DNA from: an uncultured virus (IMG/VR IMGVR_UViG_3300010885_087985)
Taxonomy: Duplodnaviria; Heunggongvirae; Uroviricota; Caudoviricetes
Direction: 5' to 3' (one strand)
DNA length: 64,000 nucleotides
Virus record (IMG/VR): IMGVR_UViG_3300010885_087985
The translations under genes were made by a program, and so were the position numbers. Below, piece after piece: positions 19,339 through 29,054 of this stretch (position 1 is its first letter; each line of letters begins with the position of its first letter). The notes below the pieces were generated by a model, which was not told where the DNA came from, searched no databases, and saw nothing but the letters and a program-made list of their open reading frames with translations.

Positions 19339-19584
19339 ATGGTAAAAGTGTACAAAAAAGAGCTACCCCGTAATGCTAGCTTTTCAGATAAAGAATTTGC
19401 TTTTAAAAAAATGTTTGCTATTTTCAAGAAAGCAGTAGTAGACGCAGGAATTCTTCAAGAATATAAAAAAAGAGAATCATATGAGAGTCCTGGCGAGAAG
19501 AGAAGGAGAAAGAAAAAAGAACTAACTAATCAAATTCTTAAAAGTAAATTAAGAGAAAATTTTCCAGAAAGATACGGTCAATAA
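19339..19584 (+). CDS. rpsU: ribosomal protein bS21
   Basis: FKKAVVDAGILQEYKKRESYESPGEKRRRKK matches the bS21 signature. Confidence 0.85.
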   Translation: MVKVYKKELPRNASFSDKEFAFKKMFAIFKKAVVDAGILQEYKKRESYESPGEKRRRKKKELTNQILKSKLRENFPERYGQ

Positions 19585-19847
19585 TGAGTACAAATAAGAT
19601 ATTAAGCCTTTCAATAGATGCTGAGTTCCAAGAAAAAGTCAAAAAAGAGGCTAAAAGAAAAGGTGTTTCTGTTTCTAAACTAATTAGAGATATAGTAGAG
19701 AAAAACATTCCGAATGATTCAAATGATGGTTTGGTTCATGATACTATAATTTTAAGAATTCCAAGTGAAGTAAAAGCTAGTGTGGAAAAGTTAAGAGAAT
19801 GGCTAAAACCTAGATTTGAAGGAATAGTAAACAACTTAACGCATTGA
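19584..19847 (+). CDS. ribbon-helix-helix (CopG-like) DNA-binding protein
   Basis: LSLSID..F.EKVKKEAKRKGVSVSKLIRDIV. Confidence 0.7.
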   Translation: MSTNKILSLSIDAEFQEKVKKEAKRKGVSVSKLIRDIVEKNIPNDSNDGLVHDTIILRIPSEVKASVEKLREWLKPRFEGIVNNLTH

Positions 19848-19905
19848 CAATTTACTTTTTTTTCGGTATCATATTCAAGCCTTTTCTCTTTCCGTAGGTT
19901 CAAAA

Positions 19906-20181
19906 ATGTTAAGTTCTAATCATCTAAAAGATGTTTGTTTGATTAATGAAACATCTCAACAATGTAGATATTTAGCAGAGGATGAAGTTGATCCTTTAAA
20001 AAGGTACTGTTTAAAAAAATCTTCAAAAGCAAAAGAAGTTGACATAGAAGTAGAAGAATTTTTATATGAAATGAGAAGAAGAGGAAACGACCCTCAAAAA
20101 GAAAACACTCCTCTAGGTAACAACTGTTCTGGCTATCCTATTCTTCTGTATAAAGAACAAGGTTATGATAAAAAAGATTAG
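19906..20181 (+). CDS. hypothetical Cys-containing protein
   Basis: ORF after TTGACA-17-TATCAT promoter. Confidence 0.65.
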   Translation: MLSSNHLKDVCLINETSQQCRYLAEDEVDPLKRYCLKKSSKAKEVDIEVEEFLYEMRRRGNDPQKENTPLGNNCSGYPILLYKEQGYDKKD

Positions 20182-20262
20182 CACGGGAATCTAGAGCTGG
20201 TAAATCCTTAATTTAAGCCTGTGGAGAGCGACAATAGCCTCTCGTTAAAGCAGGAGATGCGA

Positions 20263-20739
20263 ATGATTGAATTTAATCTTGTGCCTTTAGAAGATATTCC
20301 TAAAGCTAAAAAAACTCCAACAGATAATTTGGTGGAAATATACAAAATATTTAACCAAATGGAGAAAGTCTGTTATGAAAACAATGGAATAGGTCTTTCT
20401 GCTGTACAAGTTGGAATTCCTTTGGACCTTTTCATAGTGAGTAGAAACTCATCTTATGAATGTTACTTAAACTGTTGTTACAGCGGTAACGGAGAATTCA
20501 TTAAATCAATTGAAGGTTGTCTTTCAATTAGAAAAGGAAAAGAAATTAGAAGATTTGAAGTTGAAAGACATTCTGAGGTAACAATAACAGGTAAACGATT
20601 GATATACGAAAAAACATTAAAAATAGAAGATTTTACTGCACTTGAAAAAGGTCTTTATTCTATTGTTTTTCAACATGAAATAGAACATTCTTATGGTGTT
20701 TTAATTTCTCATATTGGAAAAGAAATAGATTTATATTGA
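20263..20739 (+). CDS. def: peptide deformylase
   Basis: GIGLSAVQVG, EGCLS, QHEIEH. Confidence 0.92.
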   Translation: MIEFNLVPLEDIPKAKKTPTDNLVEIYKIFNQMEKVCYENNGIGLSAVQVGIPLDLFIVSRNSSYECYLNCCYSGNGEFIKSIEGCLSIRKGKEIRRFEVERHSEVTITGKRLIYEKTLKIEDFTALEKGLYSIVFQHEIEHSYGVLISHIGKEIDLY

Positions 20740-21228
20740 TCGGTTTTGAAGTAGTTTTAGCATTTGTTTGCCTTCACCCTTAGTCATTGCAGCTCTAAGT
20801 ATTTTTTCGTTTAGATCTGCATTATTAAAAAGCGAAACTTCTTGGGCGATTATAGATATGCTTTTTTCTTTCGCAATGTATTTATTTCGATAAAAAAGCA
20901 TAATTGCAAAAAGTCCAATACAAAAAACCATAATTAACGATCCATCTCCTTGTAGAATTTGTATTCCATTATTTTCGTTTCTTGATATCATTGCATTAAC
21001 GTTTAGTAGCCCATTTTGTATTTCTTTGAGTTGGCTTTCCATTATCTGTGCGTCTTGTTTAAGCTTGCCAATTTCGGCTAAAACTCCATTTTGATTAGAT
21101 TTTATTTCATCTATTTTACCTTGTTCGTTGTTTATTTTTGGATTATTTCTGGGACTAAAATTGCCATTTGCACAACCTGTGACAAAAAGTCCAAACAAAG
21201 CTACTAAAAAAATTTTTGTTAATTGCAT
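20731..21228 (-). CDS. lipoprotein with coiled coil and second TM segment
   Basis: Start MQLTK with AAGGA RBS; lipobox VTGC; TM LIMVFCIGLFAIMLF. Confidence 0.65.
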   Translation of the reverse strand: MQLTKIFLVALFGLFVTGCANGNFSPRNNPKINNEQGKIDEIKSNQNGVLAEIGKLKQDAQIMESQLKEIQNGLLNVNAMISRNENNGIQILQGDGSLIMVFCIGLFAIMLFYRNKYIAKEKSISIIAQEVSLFNNADLNEKILRAAMTKGEGKQMLKLLQNRSI

Positions 21229-21346
21229 TTTTTCCTTTTTAATATATATGGCTTGACATTCTAGTTTATTTTTGGTAAGATTTTTTTTTAGTTCTCGAAG
21301 TGCAGTTTGATAACTGCTATTTTTAGGTATCTCACTGGGGGTTCCA

Positions 21347-21841
21347 ATGCCATTAATGCCATCAATAACATCAACTGCCACATTAAATAAACGTTTCTGT
21401 TCAAATGACTACTGTGATTACGATGAAGATAATGAAGAGGAAGATGGGGAAAATGGGGAAGATGAGAACAATCAAAAGGATCTTTTGTGTTTTGCACAAA
21501 ACTTTCAAAGCGATTTAAAGCATCTTGCTGCACACCATATAAAAATATTCTTTAAAAATAAACCATTTTATTGTGGTGGTAAAATTCCCAAGAATATGCT
21601 GATAAATTGTGATAATATTTTAACAGTAATTAACTATGATATTATTGATAGTGTAAAGAAATCTTATTTTTTTCTAAGGAATCATGATAGTGCAACACAA
21701 TTGCTAGGCGAGGTAACGGGAGACATTCGGCTAGTTAGTAGCATTCTTCACAAGTTATCTGCTGAAAACGTGCCACAGCAATTTGCCGGTGGAATGCTTA
21801 TATTGTATTTAAAGTATGTAGAAGGGGTCGAAGTAGAATAG
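21347..21841 (+). CDS. hypothetical protein
   Basis: ORF only. Confidence 0.6.
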   Translation: MPLMPSITSTATLNKRFCSNDYCDYDEDNEEEDGENGEDENNQKDLLCFAQNFQSDLKHLAAHHIKIFFKNKPFYCGGKIPKNMLINCDNILTVINYDIIDSVKKSYFFLRNHDSATQLLGEVTGDIRLVSSILHKLSAENVPQQFAGGMLILYLKYVEGVEVE

Positions 21842-21851
21842 GAAATTTAAA

Positions 21852-22178
21852 GTGGTATCTAAAAAAGATTTATTATTTTTAGCAAGAGAATATGAATCTA
21901 TTGATATTATACCAAAAGAAAAAAGATATTTATTGGAATATTTTAGAAAAGAAGTACAGCAATCTTTTCTAAAATATTTTTTTGTATTTAAAGATTTTGA
22001 TAATTTTGTAGATCATACTGGTCTTTACTGTCAAAAAAGATGGTTAAAAATACTGCACAGAAAGCTTGTAAAGTTAGAAAGTGTACACAATGAGGCTAAA
22101 GTTAATATGGATTTGGATATGTTAACAAAAATTGAAGACGGTCAATATGACGTTGTTGGATTCTTAAACTATAAATAG
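21852..22178 (+). CDS. hypothetical protein
   Basis: GTG start, RBS. Confidence 0.6.
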   Translation: MVSKKDLLFLAREYESIDIIPKEKRYLLEYFRKEVQQSFLKYFFVFKDFDNFVDHTGLYCQKRWLKILHRKLVKLESVHNEAKVNMDLDMLTKIEDGQYDVVGFLNYK

Positions 22179-22188
22179 GGAAAATTTA

Positions 22189-22581
22189 ATGATAAACACT
22201 GAAATTGATCGATGGCTTATTGCCGTAGAAAAACTATCGAAATCAATAGACGCACTACATGCAGCAAAAGAAAAGTTTAAATTGAAAATGGCAAAAAGTG
22301 CTAAGACAAGTCCTAAAGATAAGGTTATAGATAAAGATAAGGTTATAGATAAAGATAAGGTTATAGATAAAGATAAGAGCACTAAAGATAAGGCAAGCAC
22401 TAAAGATAAGGCAAGCACTAAAGATAAGGCAAGCACTAAAGATAAGGCAAGCACTAAAGATAAGGCAATCACCAAAGATAAGGCAATCACTAAAGATAAG
22501 GCAAGCACTAAAGATAAGGCAATCACCAAAGATAAGGCAATCACTAAAGATAAGGTAATTTCCAAAGGTAAAATAAAGTAA
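22189..22581 (+). CDS. basic low-complexity protein with KDKxxx hexapeptide repeats
   Basis: About 14 KDKVID/KDKAST/KDKAIT units. Confidence 0.65.
   Translation: MINTEIDRWLIAVEKLSKSIDALHAAKEKFKLKMAKSAKTSPKDKVIDKDKVIDKDKVIDKDKSTKDKASTKDKASTKDKASTKDKASTKDKAITKDKAITKDKASTKDKAITKDKAITKDKVISKGKIK
22315..22563 (+). repeat. 18-bp coding tandem repeat (AAAGATAAGG core)
   Basis: About 14 units, directly visible. Confidence 0.9.
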
Positions 22582-22611
22582 AGATAAAATTTTCATAAGG
22601 AGGATCGATAT

Positions 22612-22887
22612 ATGCTTGCTGCCCTTTTAGTAGCCTTGGCTATTGTTATGAGTATTACCTCAAAAACGCCCTTCTTAGCATACGAACTTGCTACAAAAAT
22701 GAACCACGCCGACAGGATAGAATGGTACCGGATGAGGGATGAGAAAAATAACACTAGATATATTATTAACTTTTATGATATAGATAGAGATGATGATCGT
22801 AGAATATCTAATCAATTATTTGAAAAGTCTCGTCAACTTGAGGCTCAACGTGCGGAGCGAATAAAAAATAACATGGATAGGAACTAG
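22612..22887 (+). CDS. hypothetical protein with N-terminal hydrophobic segment
   Basis: RBS AGGAGG. Confidence 0.65.
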   Translation: MLAALLVALAIVMSITSKTPFLAYELATKMNHADRIEWYRMRDEKNNTRYIINFYDIDRDDDRRISNQLFEKSRQLEAQRAERIKNNMDRN

Positions 22888-22962
22888 CTAACAGGCTTGC
22901 TAGGTTTAAAAACTAAAATTATTTAATAAAATTAAAAATTATTTTTTTTACTACATATAAAT

Positions 22963-23784
22963 ATGAAATGCAACTCCTCAAGCTCTCCTTATAATACCAA
23001 CTGCCCAGATTCTCTTGGGTGTGTTGCTGGAGTGTGTCCCGACTTTATAATTAGGCGGCATGATACGAAGCCAGATTTTAAGCTTAAAATAGAAGATTGC
23101 GATGGTCCATTAGATCTTACGGATTTAGTTCTTGAGGCATCTATGTGGGCAAAAGCTAAATTAAAAGCATCGATATCAGAGAACGACACGTATTTTGCTT
23201 TGGCAGATAATATTGGTTTCAACCAAATTATGGTTGGGGACACAATAAAGATGAACAGATTACGACTTCCAGAGGAAATGCTTGTAATAGCATTTGATGA
23301 GAAAAACAATCTTGTTCAAGTGCAAAGAGCTTATCACGGAACGACTGCACAGGAATGGGCAAAAGGCGATTCTTTAGTGATCATTAAGTTCATGAATGCA
23401 ACTGCTGTTGTAGAAATGGTTTATGAGGATGTACTAGAACTAGATGGAACAACAACACAAGATGTTTTGATAGAAAGCTATTTTAAGTATGAATGGTCTG
23501 CAACCGATACCTGCTTACCAGGATGTTATTATTTAGAATTCAAACTTATAAAAATGGTTCAAGAAGAAATGCTTTCAGTTCAAACCATTCCAGATGTAAG
23601 TGTGATACCAAGTTTTATAGTTATAAAAGGGATAAGTGTTATACCAGTTTTTACAAGTCCAAGTCTTATTCCTTCAAACTTTGGATGTTCCGGTCTAAGT
23701 GAAGAGATTGAGTGGATGCGTAGGTATCCAACAGATCAGGAAGGCTTCCTAATAAAAATTTCTGATTCTTTTACAAGTGAATAA
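22963..23784 (+). CDS. probable virion structural protein (baseplate-upper-like N-terminus)
   Basis: DFIIRRHDTKPDF.L.I.D..GP.DLT, VQRAYHGT, Y.W...DT..PG.Y.LEF; CTACATATAAAT upstream. Confidence 0.55.
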   Translation: MKCNSSSSPYNTNCPDSLGCVAGVCPDFIIRRHDTKPDFKLKIEDCDGPLDLTDLVLEASMWAKAKLKASISENDTYFALADNIGFNQIMVGDTIKMNRLRLPEEMLVIAFDEKNNLVQVQRAYHGTTAQEWAKGDSLVIIKFMNATAVVEMVYEDVLELDGTTTQDVLIESYFKYEWSATDTCLPGCYYLEFKLIKMVQEEMLSVQTIPDVSVIPSFIVIKGISVIPVFTSPSLIPSNFGCSGLSEEIEWMRRYPTDQEGFLIKISDSFTSE

Positions 23785-23790
23785 AAATAA

Positions 23791-25407
23791 ATGCCATCTG
23801 TAGCTGAATTTCTTATTGAAAGATTAGGCAATTCTGGGATTAAACACATTTTTGGTGTGCCAGGAGATTATCTATCAGAATTCATAGGGAATCTTTCACA
23901 GAATGAAAAGATAAAATTTGTTAGCAATACAGATGAGAATCATGCAGGATTCGCAGCAGATGCGTATGCAAGAGCCAATGGCATAGGATGTGTTTGTGCT
24001 ACTTATAGCGTTGGAGCACTAAAGCTATGCAATTCTATCGCAGGAGCGTACGCAGAAAAATCTCCTGTTGTTGTTATAAGCGGTTCACCAGGAATTAAAG
24101 AGAGAAATGAAGATTTAATGTTGCATCATGTTTTAGAAAGTTTTGACAATCAACATAAAATATTTTCTCACATAACATGTTGCAGCGTTGTTTTAGATAA
24201 CTCAACAACTGCTGGTTGGAAAATAGACAATGCACTAGAAATGCTCAGACACAACAAGCAGCCTATTTATATTGAGCTTCCTCGTGATGTAGCCTCGCAA
24301 CCAATTAAGTACGATGTTTATACACAAGGTACTCCTGTAGAGCAAAAAAGCGATCCAGAAAGCCTTAAAGAGGCTATGGATGAAACAATTAATTGGATTA
24401 AAAATTCAAAAACACCAGTAATAATTGCAGGTGTTCAAATAACTAGATTTGGTTTAGATGAAAGTCTAGTAAGGTTTGCAGAAAAGAACAATATACCCAT
24501 AGTAACAACTCTATTGAGTAAATCTTCAATAAATGAAAATCATGAACTTTTTGCTGGTGTGTACTGTGGCAACCAGACAAGCCAAGAATGTGTTAGAAAG
24601 CTTGTTGACGACTCTGATTGTTTGCTTGTTTTAGGGGAAATGTTAACAGAAATGCTATCTGGTTTTCAAACTCCTAAATTTACAAAACAACAAACTATAT
24701 TTTGTTCTACAGAAGGATTGAAGATAAAAAATCATATTTATAATGGTGTAAAATTCACTGATTTCTGTAAAGATCTTTTTAAAATTGATCTTGGTAAGAA
24801 AGAAAAAATAACTTTAGAAAAGAAAGAATCAAAAGTTTTTACACCAGTTAATGGTGCATTAATAACTGTGGATAGATTTTTTGAAAAAATAAATAATATT
24901 TTAAATGAAAAAATGGCAGTGGTTGCAGATATTGGTGAGAGTTTGTTTGGAGCAACAAGGCTAAACGTGCACCACCACCAGTTCATAAGCCCTGCATTTT
25001 ATTGCAGTATGGGTTTGGCTATTCCTGGTGCGTTAGGATTTCAAATGGCTAAACCTAATATTCGCCCTATTGTTTTAGTTGGAGATGGGGCGTTCCAAAT
25101 GTCCGTATCAGAAATTAGTACTATTTTACAGCATAAATTAAACCCAATAATATTTGTTTTGAATAATAAAGGATACGCAACAGAAAAAAATATTTTAAAT
25201 ATTTTTATTAGAGACTGGAGTTACCATAAGGTTTCTGATATGATGGGCGGCGGATTTGGATATAAGGTTGAAACTGAAGACCAATTAGAAGAATCTATTT
25301 CTTTATCTTTAAAAAACAAAGTGTTATCTGTAATAAACGTTTGTTTAGACCCAGTTAGCGTTTCGCTAGGTCTTAAAAGCGTAATAAATTCCACCACGAT
25401 CAGGTAA
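23791..25407 (+). CDS. ThDP-dependent 2-oxoacid decarboxylase (indolepyruvate/pyruvate decarboxylase family)
   Basis: FGVPGDY, E..AGFAADAYAR, LHH, GDGAFQM...NNKGY. Confidence 0.9.
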   Translation: MPSVAEFLIERLGNSGIKHIFGVPGDYLSEFIGNLSQNEKIKFVSNTDENHAGFAADAYARANGIGCVCATYSVGALKLCNSIAGAYAEKSPVVVISGSPGIKERNEDLMLHHVLESFDNQHKIFSHITCCSVVLDNSTTAGWKIDNALEMLRHNKQPIYIELPRDVASQPIKYDVYTQGTPVEQKSDPESLKEAMDETINWIKNSKTPVIIAGVQITRFGLDESLVRFAEKNNIPIVTTLLSKSSINENHELFAGVYCGNQTSQECVRKLVDDSDCLLVLGEMLTEMLSGFQTPKFTKQQTIFCSTEGLKIKNHIYNGVKFTDFCKDLFKIDLGKKEKITLEKKESKVFTPVNGALITVDRFFEKINNILNEKMAVVADIGESLFGATRLNVHHHQFISPAFYCSMGLAIPGALGFQMAKPNIRPIVLVGDGAFQMSVSEISTILQHKLNPIIFVLNNKGYATEKNILNIFIRDWSYHKVSDMMGGGFGYKVETEDQLEESISLSLKNKVLSVINVCLDPVSVSLGLKSVINSTTIR

Positions 25408-25410
25408 AAA

Positions 25411-25947
25411 ATGGATGAAAGTAAAGATGTTTTTCGTATAAATTGGCAAATTAAGGCACCACAAGTTCGTGTGATAGTTGAAGAAAAGCAACTTGGGGTG
25501 ATGGGGTTAGAAAAAGCAATAAAGATCGCACAAGATTGTGGAATGGATCTTGTAGAGATTGCGGCAAATGTTACGCCGCCGGTTTGCAGAGTTGTAAATC
25601 ACGGTAGATTTAAGTATGAACAACAAATCAAAAAAAAAGAACACCACAAAAAACAAAGAGAGTCTCAGGTACAGCTTAAAGAATTAAGACTAAGACCTTC
25701 TATAGAAAAACACGATATTGATGTTAAAACAGCTCGGGCTAAAAGATTTCTAGAAGAAGGAATGAAGGTTAATTTAATTCTTATTTTTAAAGGGCAACGT
25801 GAACTTTCTCACAAAGAAAAAGGTTTTGATGTTATTACTAAAATGATTGAAAACCTTGCTCCTTTTTCTGTTCTAGAGAAGGCACCAAAGTTAGATGGAA
25901 ATAGAATTTTTTGTTGTCTGTCTCCAAAAGAACTGCGGAAAGCTTAG
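25411..25947 (+). CDS. infC: translation initiation factor IF-3
   Basis: IN.QI.APQVRVI, DLVEIA..PPVCR, LKELRLRP.I..HD..VK. Confidence 0.93.
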   Translation: MDESKDVFRINWQIKAPQVRVIVEEKQLGVMGLEKAIKIAQDCGMDLVEIAANVTPPVCRVVNHGRFKYEQQIKKKEHHKKQRESQVQLKELRLRPSIEKHDIDVKTARAKRFLEEGMKVNLILIFKGQRELSHKEKGFDVITKMIENLAPFSVLEKAPKLDGNRIFCCLSPKELRKA

Positions 25948-25950
25948 AAA

Positions 25951-26682
25951 ATGATTCATTCTGTTAAAGAAGAATGCTTAGAATCAGGCATGAAATCTAG
26001 AAAGTTAAAGAAAATACAAATTATAGATTTGTATTTTTTAAGAAGAAATATAGAACAATGGGAAAGCCAACCAAATTGTTTCTGGAGTTTTTTAAGATTT
26101 AATGAATTATATAAAAAAGATATAGAGTCTGCGAATGAAAAAATACATAAATATGAAGATATGGGATGCTATTTCTTATCTGAAGAGATTAAATCTTACG
26201 TACTTTTTTTAGAAGAATCAAATGCAATGTATTATGGATTTCATTCGATTGGTATTGCAGCAAGTGCCATTATATTGGCAAAAATGTTACGTTATAAAAT
26301 AAATAAAAATAAAATATTAAATGATATTAACTCTTTTGGACAAGGACAGAGTGTAGAGTACGAGCCAAGAGTATACCCTCTACATCATTTTTTGGAAATA
26401 GCTTCGGAATCAACAAAAAAAATAGTTAAAACACTAGAGCGTTTTCCAGAAGATAATTACAATTCTATATTTGATAATTTTTGTATAGTTGTTCCTGGAT
26501 TTAAAGTTTTTTCAGGAGAAAACGAATATTATTTTATAGGGAAAAATGGAGAAAGAAATAGCTATAACTCTGTTGAAGAAGCGTCCAAAGCATTAGATTT
26601 TTTTCTCATTGGAAACAATTATATGAGTGCAGTTCTTCTTGGAGAAAAAGATGAAAAATGTTACTTTATAAACTACTTTTAA
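25951..26682 (+). CDS. hypothetical protein
   Basis: ORF within an operon-like array. Confidence 0.65.
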   Translation: MIHSVKEECLESGMKSRKLKKIQIIDLYFLRRNIEQWESQPNCFWSFLRFNELYKKDIESANEKIHKYEDMGCYFLSEEIKSYVLFLEESNAMYYGFHSIGIAASAIILAKMLRYKINKNKILNDINSFGQGQSVEYEPRVYPLHHFLEIASESTKKIVKTLERFPEDNYNSIFDNFCIVVPGFKVFSGENEYYFIGKNGERNSYNSVEEASKALDFFLIGNNYMSAVLLGEKDEKCYFINYF

Positions 26683-26700
26683 ACACACTCCTTACCAAAA

Positions 26701-28203
26701 ATGGAAAACTTTATGAAAAACTTAAATTTTATCAATGGTAAATTCCAAGCAGAAGATTCTAGTTCTTTTTTTAATTCATACGATCCATCAACAGAAGATA
26801 TTATAGGTTCTTTTCCTGATTCTTCTGCCAATGATATAAACTTAGCAATCCAAACAGCTAAAAAATCTTTTGAATCGTGGAGTCAAATTAGTAGGGTAAA
26901 GAGAGCAGAATATTTTTGGAATCTGTGCAGAGTTTTGGAACAAATGGAAGAAGATGTAACCAAAACTATTTCTTTAGAAACAGGTAAAAGTCTTAATGAA
27001 AGTAAAGCTGAAGTTATTGAAGCTTTGCATATGTCTCAATATTGTTTTGGCAAAGGACGCGAAAGCTGTGGTGATATTGTATCATCAGAGCTTTCTGAGC
27101 GGGATTCATACATTATTCGGAAACCAAAAGGAGTTGTTGCTGTTATAGCACCTTGGAACTTTCCTTTTGCAATTGGTGGATTTTGGTGTGCTGGTCCTTC
27201 CATACTAGAAGGAAATACTGTTGTTTTTAAACCAAGCGAATTAACTCCACTGGTTGGTCAAAAAACAGCAGAGATATATGAGAAGGCAGGCTTCCCATCG
27301 GGTGTTTTTAATATGATCCATGGCGATGGAAATGTTGGTAGCAAAATTGTTAAAAATAATGATGTAAATCATATTTGTTTTACGGGCAGTGCGGACGTAG
27401 GAATGCTCATAAGAATGAACTGTGCAGAGAGTTGGAATAAAACATGTAGCTGCGAGATGGGCAGCAAATCTGCCGTGATGGTATTTGACGATTGCGATAT
27501 TGATTTAGCAGTATCTGCTTGCATTAATAGTGCTTTCAAATTAAGCGGTCAGCGATGTGTTTCTGCTGGACGATTACTAATTCATAGATCAGTAATGAAG
27601 AAGTTTAAAGAGAGATTTTTATATGAAGTTGGAATCGCTAATGTTAAAAATCCATTTGATAAAAGCGTAGGAGTTTGCTCCGTTGAATTTGGACCTCTAA
27701 TTAGCAAAGATCAGATGGAACGTGTGCAGAGATTTAATGAGTTGGTTCGCAAAGATAAAGATGCAACTGTTTTGTATGATGAGCCTATATTACAAGAACT
27801 TTTGACAAAAGGCTGGTTTTTACGACCTTTTGTTTACGAGGTCGAATGGTCTGATAAAGAATATTTAAAGCAAGAAGTATTTGGACCGCATGTAGCTATT
27901 ATACCTTTTGATACTATTGAAGATGCAATAAGGATTTATAACGATACAGATTTTGGTTTGTCATTGGGAGTTATTACGAATGATTTTCGTAATATGAGAA
28001 AAATAAGAAACTTATGCGATGCAGGTATGATTTATTTTAATTTGGGCTCAATAGGAGCTGAATCACATCTGCCTTTTGGAGGTATTAAGAAGTCGGGTAA
28101 CGGTTGGCCATCAGCAGCAGGAATGTTTGATGCTGTCGTACATAAAGTCGCAGTGTCAGTGAATCATTCTGTAACTTTAAATTTTCCACAAGGACTAAAA
28201 TAA
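26701..28203 (+). CDS. aldehyde dehydrogenase
   Basis: PWNFP, KPSE, FTGS, EMGSK, GQRC, EVFGP, PFGG.K.SG. Confidence 0.95.
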   Translation: MENFMKNLNFINGKFQAEDSSSFFNSYDPSTEDIIGSFPDSSANDINLAIQTAKKSFESWSQISRVKRAEYFWNLCRVLEQMEEDVTKTISLETGKSLNESKAEVIEALHMSQYCFGKGRESCGDIVSSELSERDSYIIRKPKGVVAVIAPWNFPFAIGGFWCAGPSILEGNTVVFKPSELTPLVGQKTAEIYEKAGFPSGVFNMIHGDGNVGSKIVKNNDVNHICFTGSADVGMLIRMNCAESWNKTCSCEMGSKSAVMVFDDCDIDLAVSACINSAFKLSGQRCVSAGRLLIHRSVMKKFKERFLYEVGIANVKNPFDKSVGVCSVEFGPLISKDQMERVQRFNELVRKDKDATVLYDEPILQELLTKGWFLRPFVYEVEWSDKEYLKQEVFGPHVAIIPFDTIEDAIRIYNDTDFGLSLGVITNDFRNMRKIRNLCDAGMIYFNLGSIGAESHLPFGGIKKSGNGWPSAAGMFDAVVHKVAVSVNHSVTLNFPQGLK

Positions 28204-28571
28204 TGAATGAAATGATTAGTATTTCTAAAAAAGAATTAATAGAATTTTCTAAAGATATATACAAACAAGGATGTGGAGGCTATTTAGACTTAAGTGATGC
28301 TATATGCACTAGTAAAGTAGATCGACTATTTGAAAAAACCAACAAGCCAGAAGATAAAACACAAGAATATTATTGTTGGAAACCTGACAATAATATTGAT
28401 TCTGATCATTTGACAACTGTTTTTGATAACCCGCCTTACAATTCAGAATTTATATGTACGCAAAAATATTTTCCTGAAACCGCATACTATTCAGAGCATG
28501 AAGAAGAATATGAAGAAGAATACGATGATCTAGAAAATGCAGGGAATGAGGGGCATGTTATTTTAGAATGA
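28203..28571 (+). CDS. hypothetical protein
   Basis: Start overlaps the previous stop (TAATG). Confidence 0.6.
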   Translation: MNEMISISKKELIEFSKDIYKQGCGGYLDLSDAICTSKVDRLFEKTNKPEDKTQEYYCWKPDNNIDSDHLTTVFDNPPYNSEFICTQKYFPETAYYSEHEEEYEEEYDDLENAGNEGHVILE

Positions 28572-28606
28572 CTTTAGATTTGTTTTTGAAAAATTTCGTT
28601 ATGGCG

Positions 28607-28635
28607 TTGACAGATACTTTACGTTTTGGTATATT
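28607..28635 (+). promoter_or_regulatory. sigma70-type promoter for groES-dnaJ
   Basis: TTGACA-17-TATATT. Confidence 0.6.
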
Positions 28636-28695
28636 ATACAGAACGGTCGTTCCGACTGTATGTATATAAATTGTTTTTAACAGAAAAGGGTTCAT

Positions 28696-29043
28696 ATGAG
28701 TAAAATTATTAGCACGACAGGAAAGATTCTATCCAATACAAATACACCAAAAATTGTTGGTGTACACGCAACAGGAAGTCAGGTTTTAGTTGAAATGCTA
28801 ACATCACAAGAGCTTATGGGTACAACATTAGCCCTTTCTGAAAGTACTGATTTAAAGGTTCCTCTTCAGGGTTATATTCGATCCGTTGGTCCAGGATTTT
28901 TGAGTGATAGTTGGGGCTATAAAATAGGTGATCGAGTTATAGTTTCTGGAGGTGGTGTTATGGCTCCTAATTATGATGGATCACATAGAGATAGATTTTT
29001 CATGGAACCAAGTTCTATTAAGGGAGTTTTGTCTGAGGGCTAG
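28696..29043 (+). CDS. groES: GroES/Cpn10-like co-chaperonin
   Basis: G.QVLVE, G.I..VGPG, KIGDRVI, I.GVL. Confidence 0.7.
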   Translation: MSKIISTTGKILSNTNTPKIVGVHATGSQVLVEMLTSQELMGTTLALSESTDLKVPLQGYIRSVGPGFLSDSWGYKIGDRVIVSGGGVMAPNYDGSHRDRFFMEPSSIKGVLSEG

Positions 29044-29054
29044 GAAAAATAGAA

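Noticed and set aside
22164..22596. Minus-strand hydrophobic repeat ORFs (LSLVLA, ACLIFS)
   Set aside because: Shadows of the 18-bp repeat; the plus-strand gene fits the operon.
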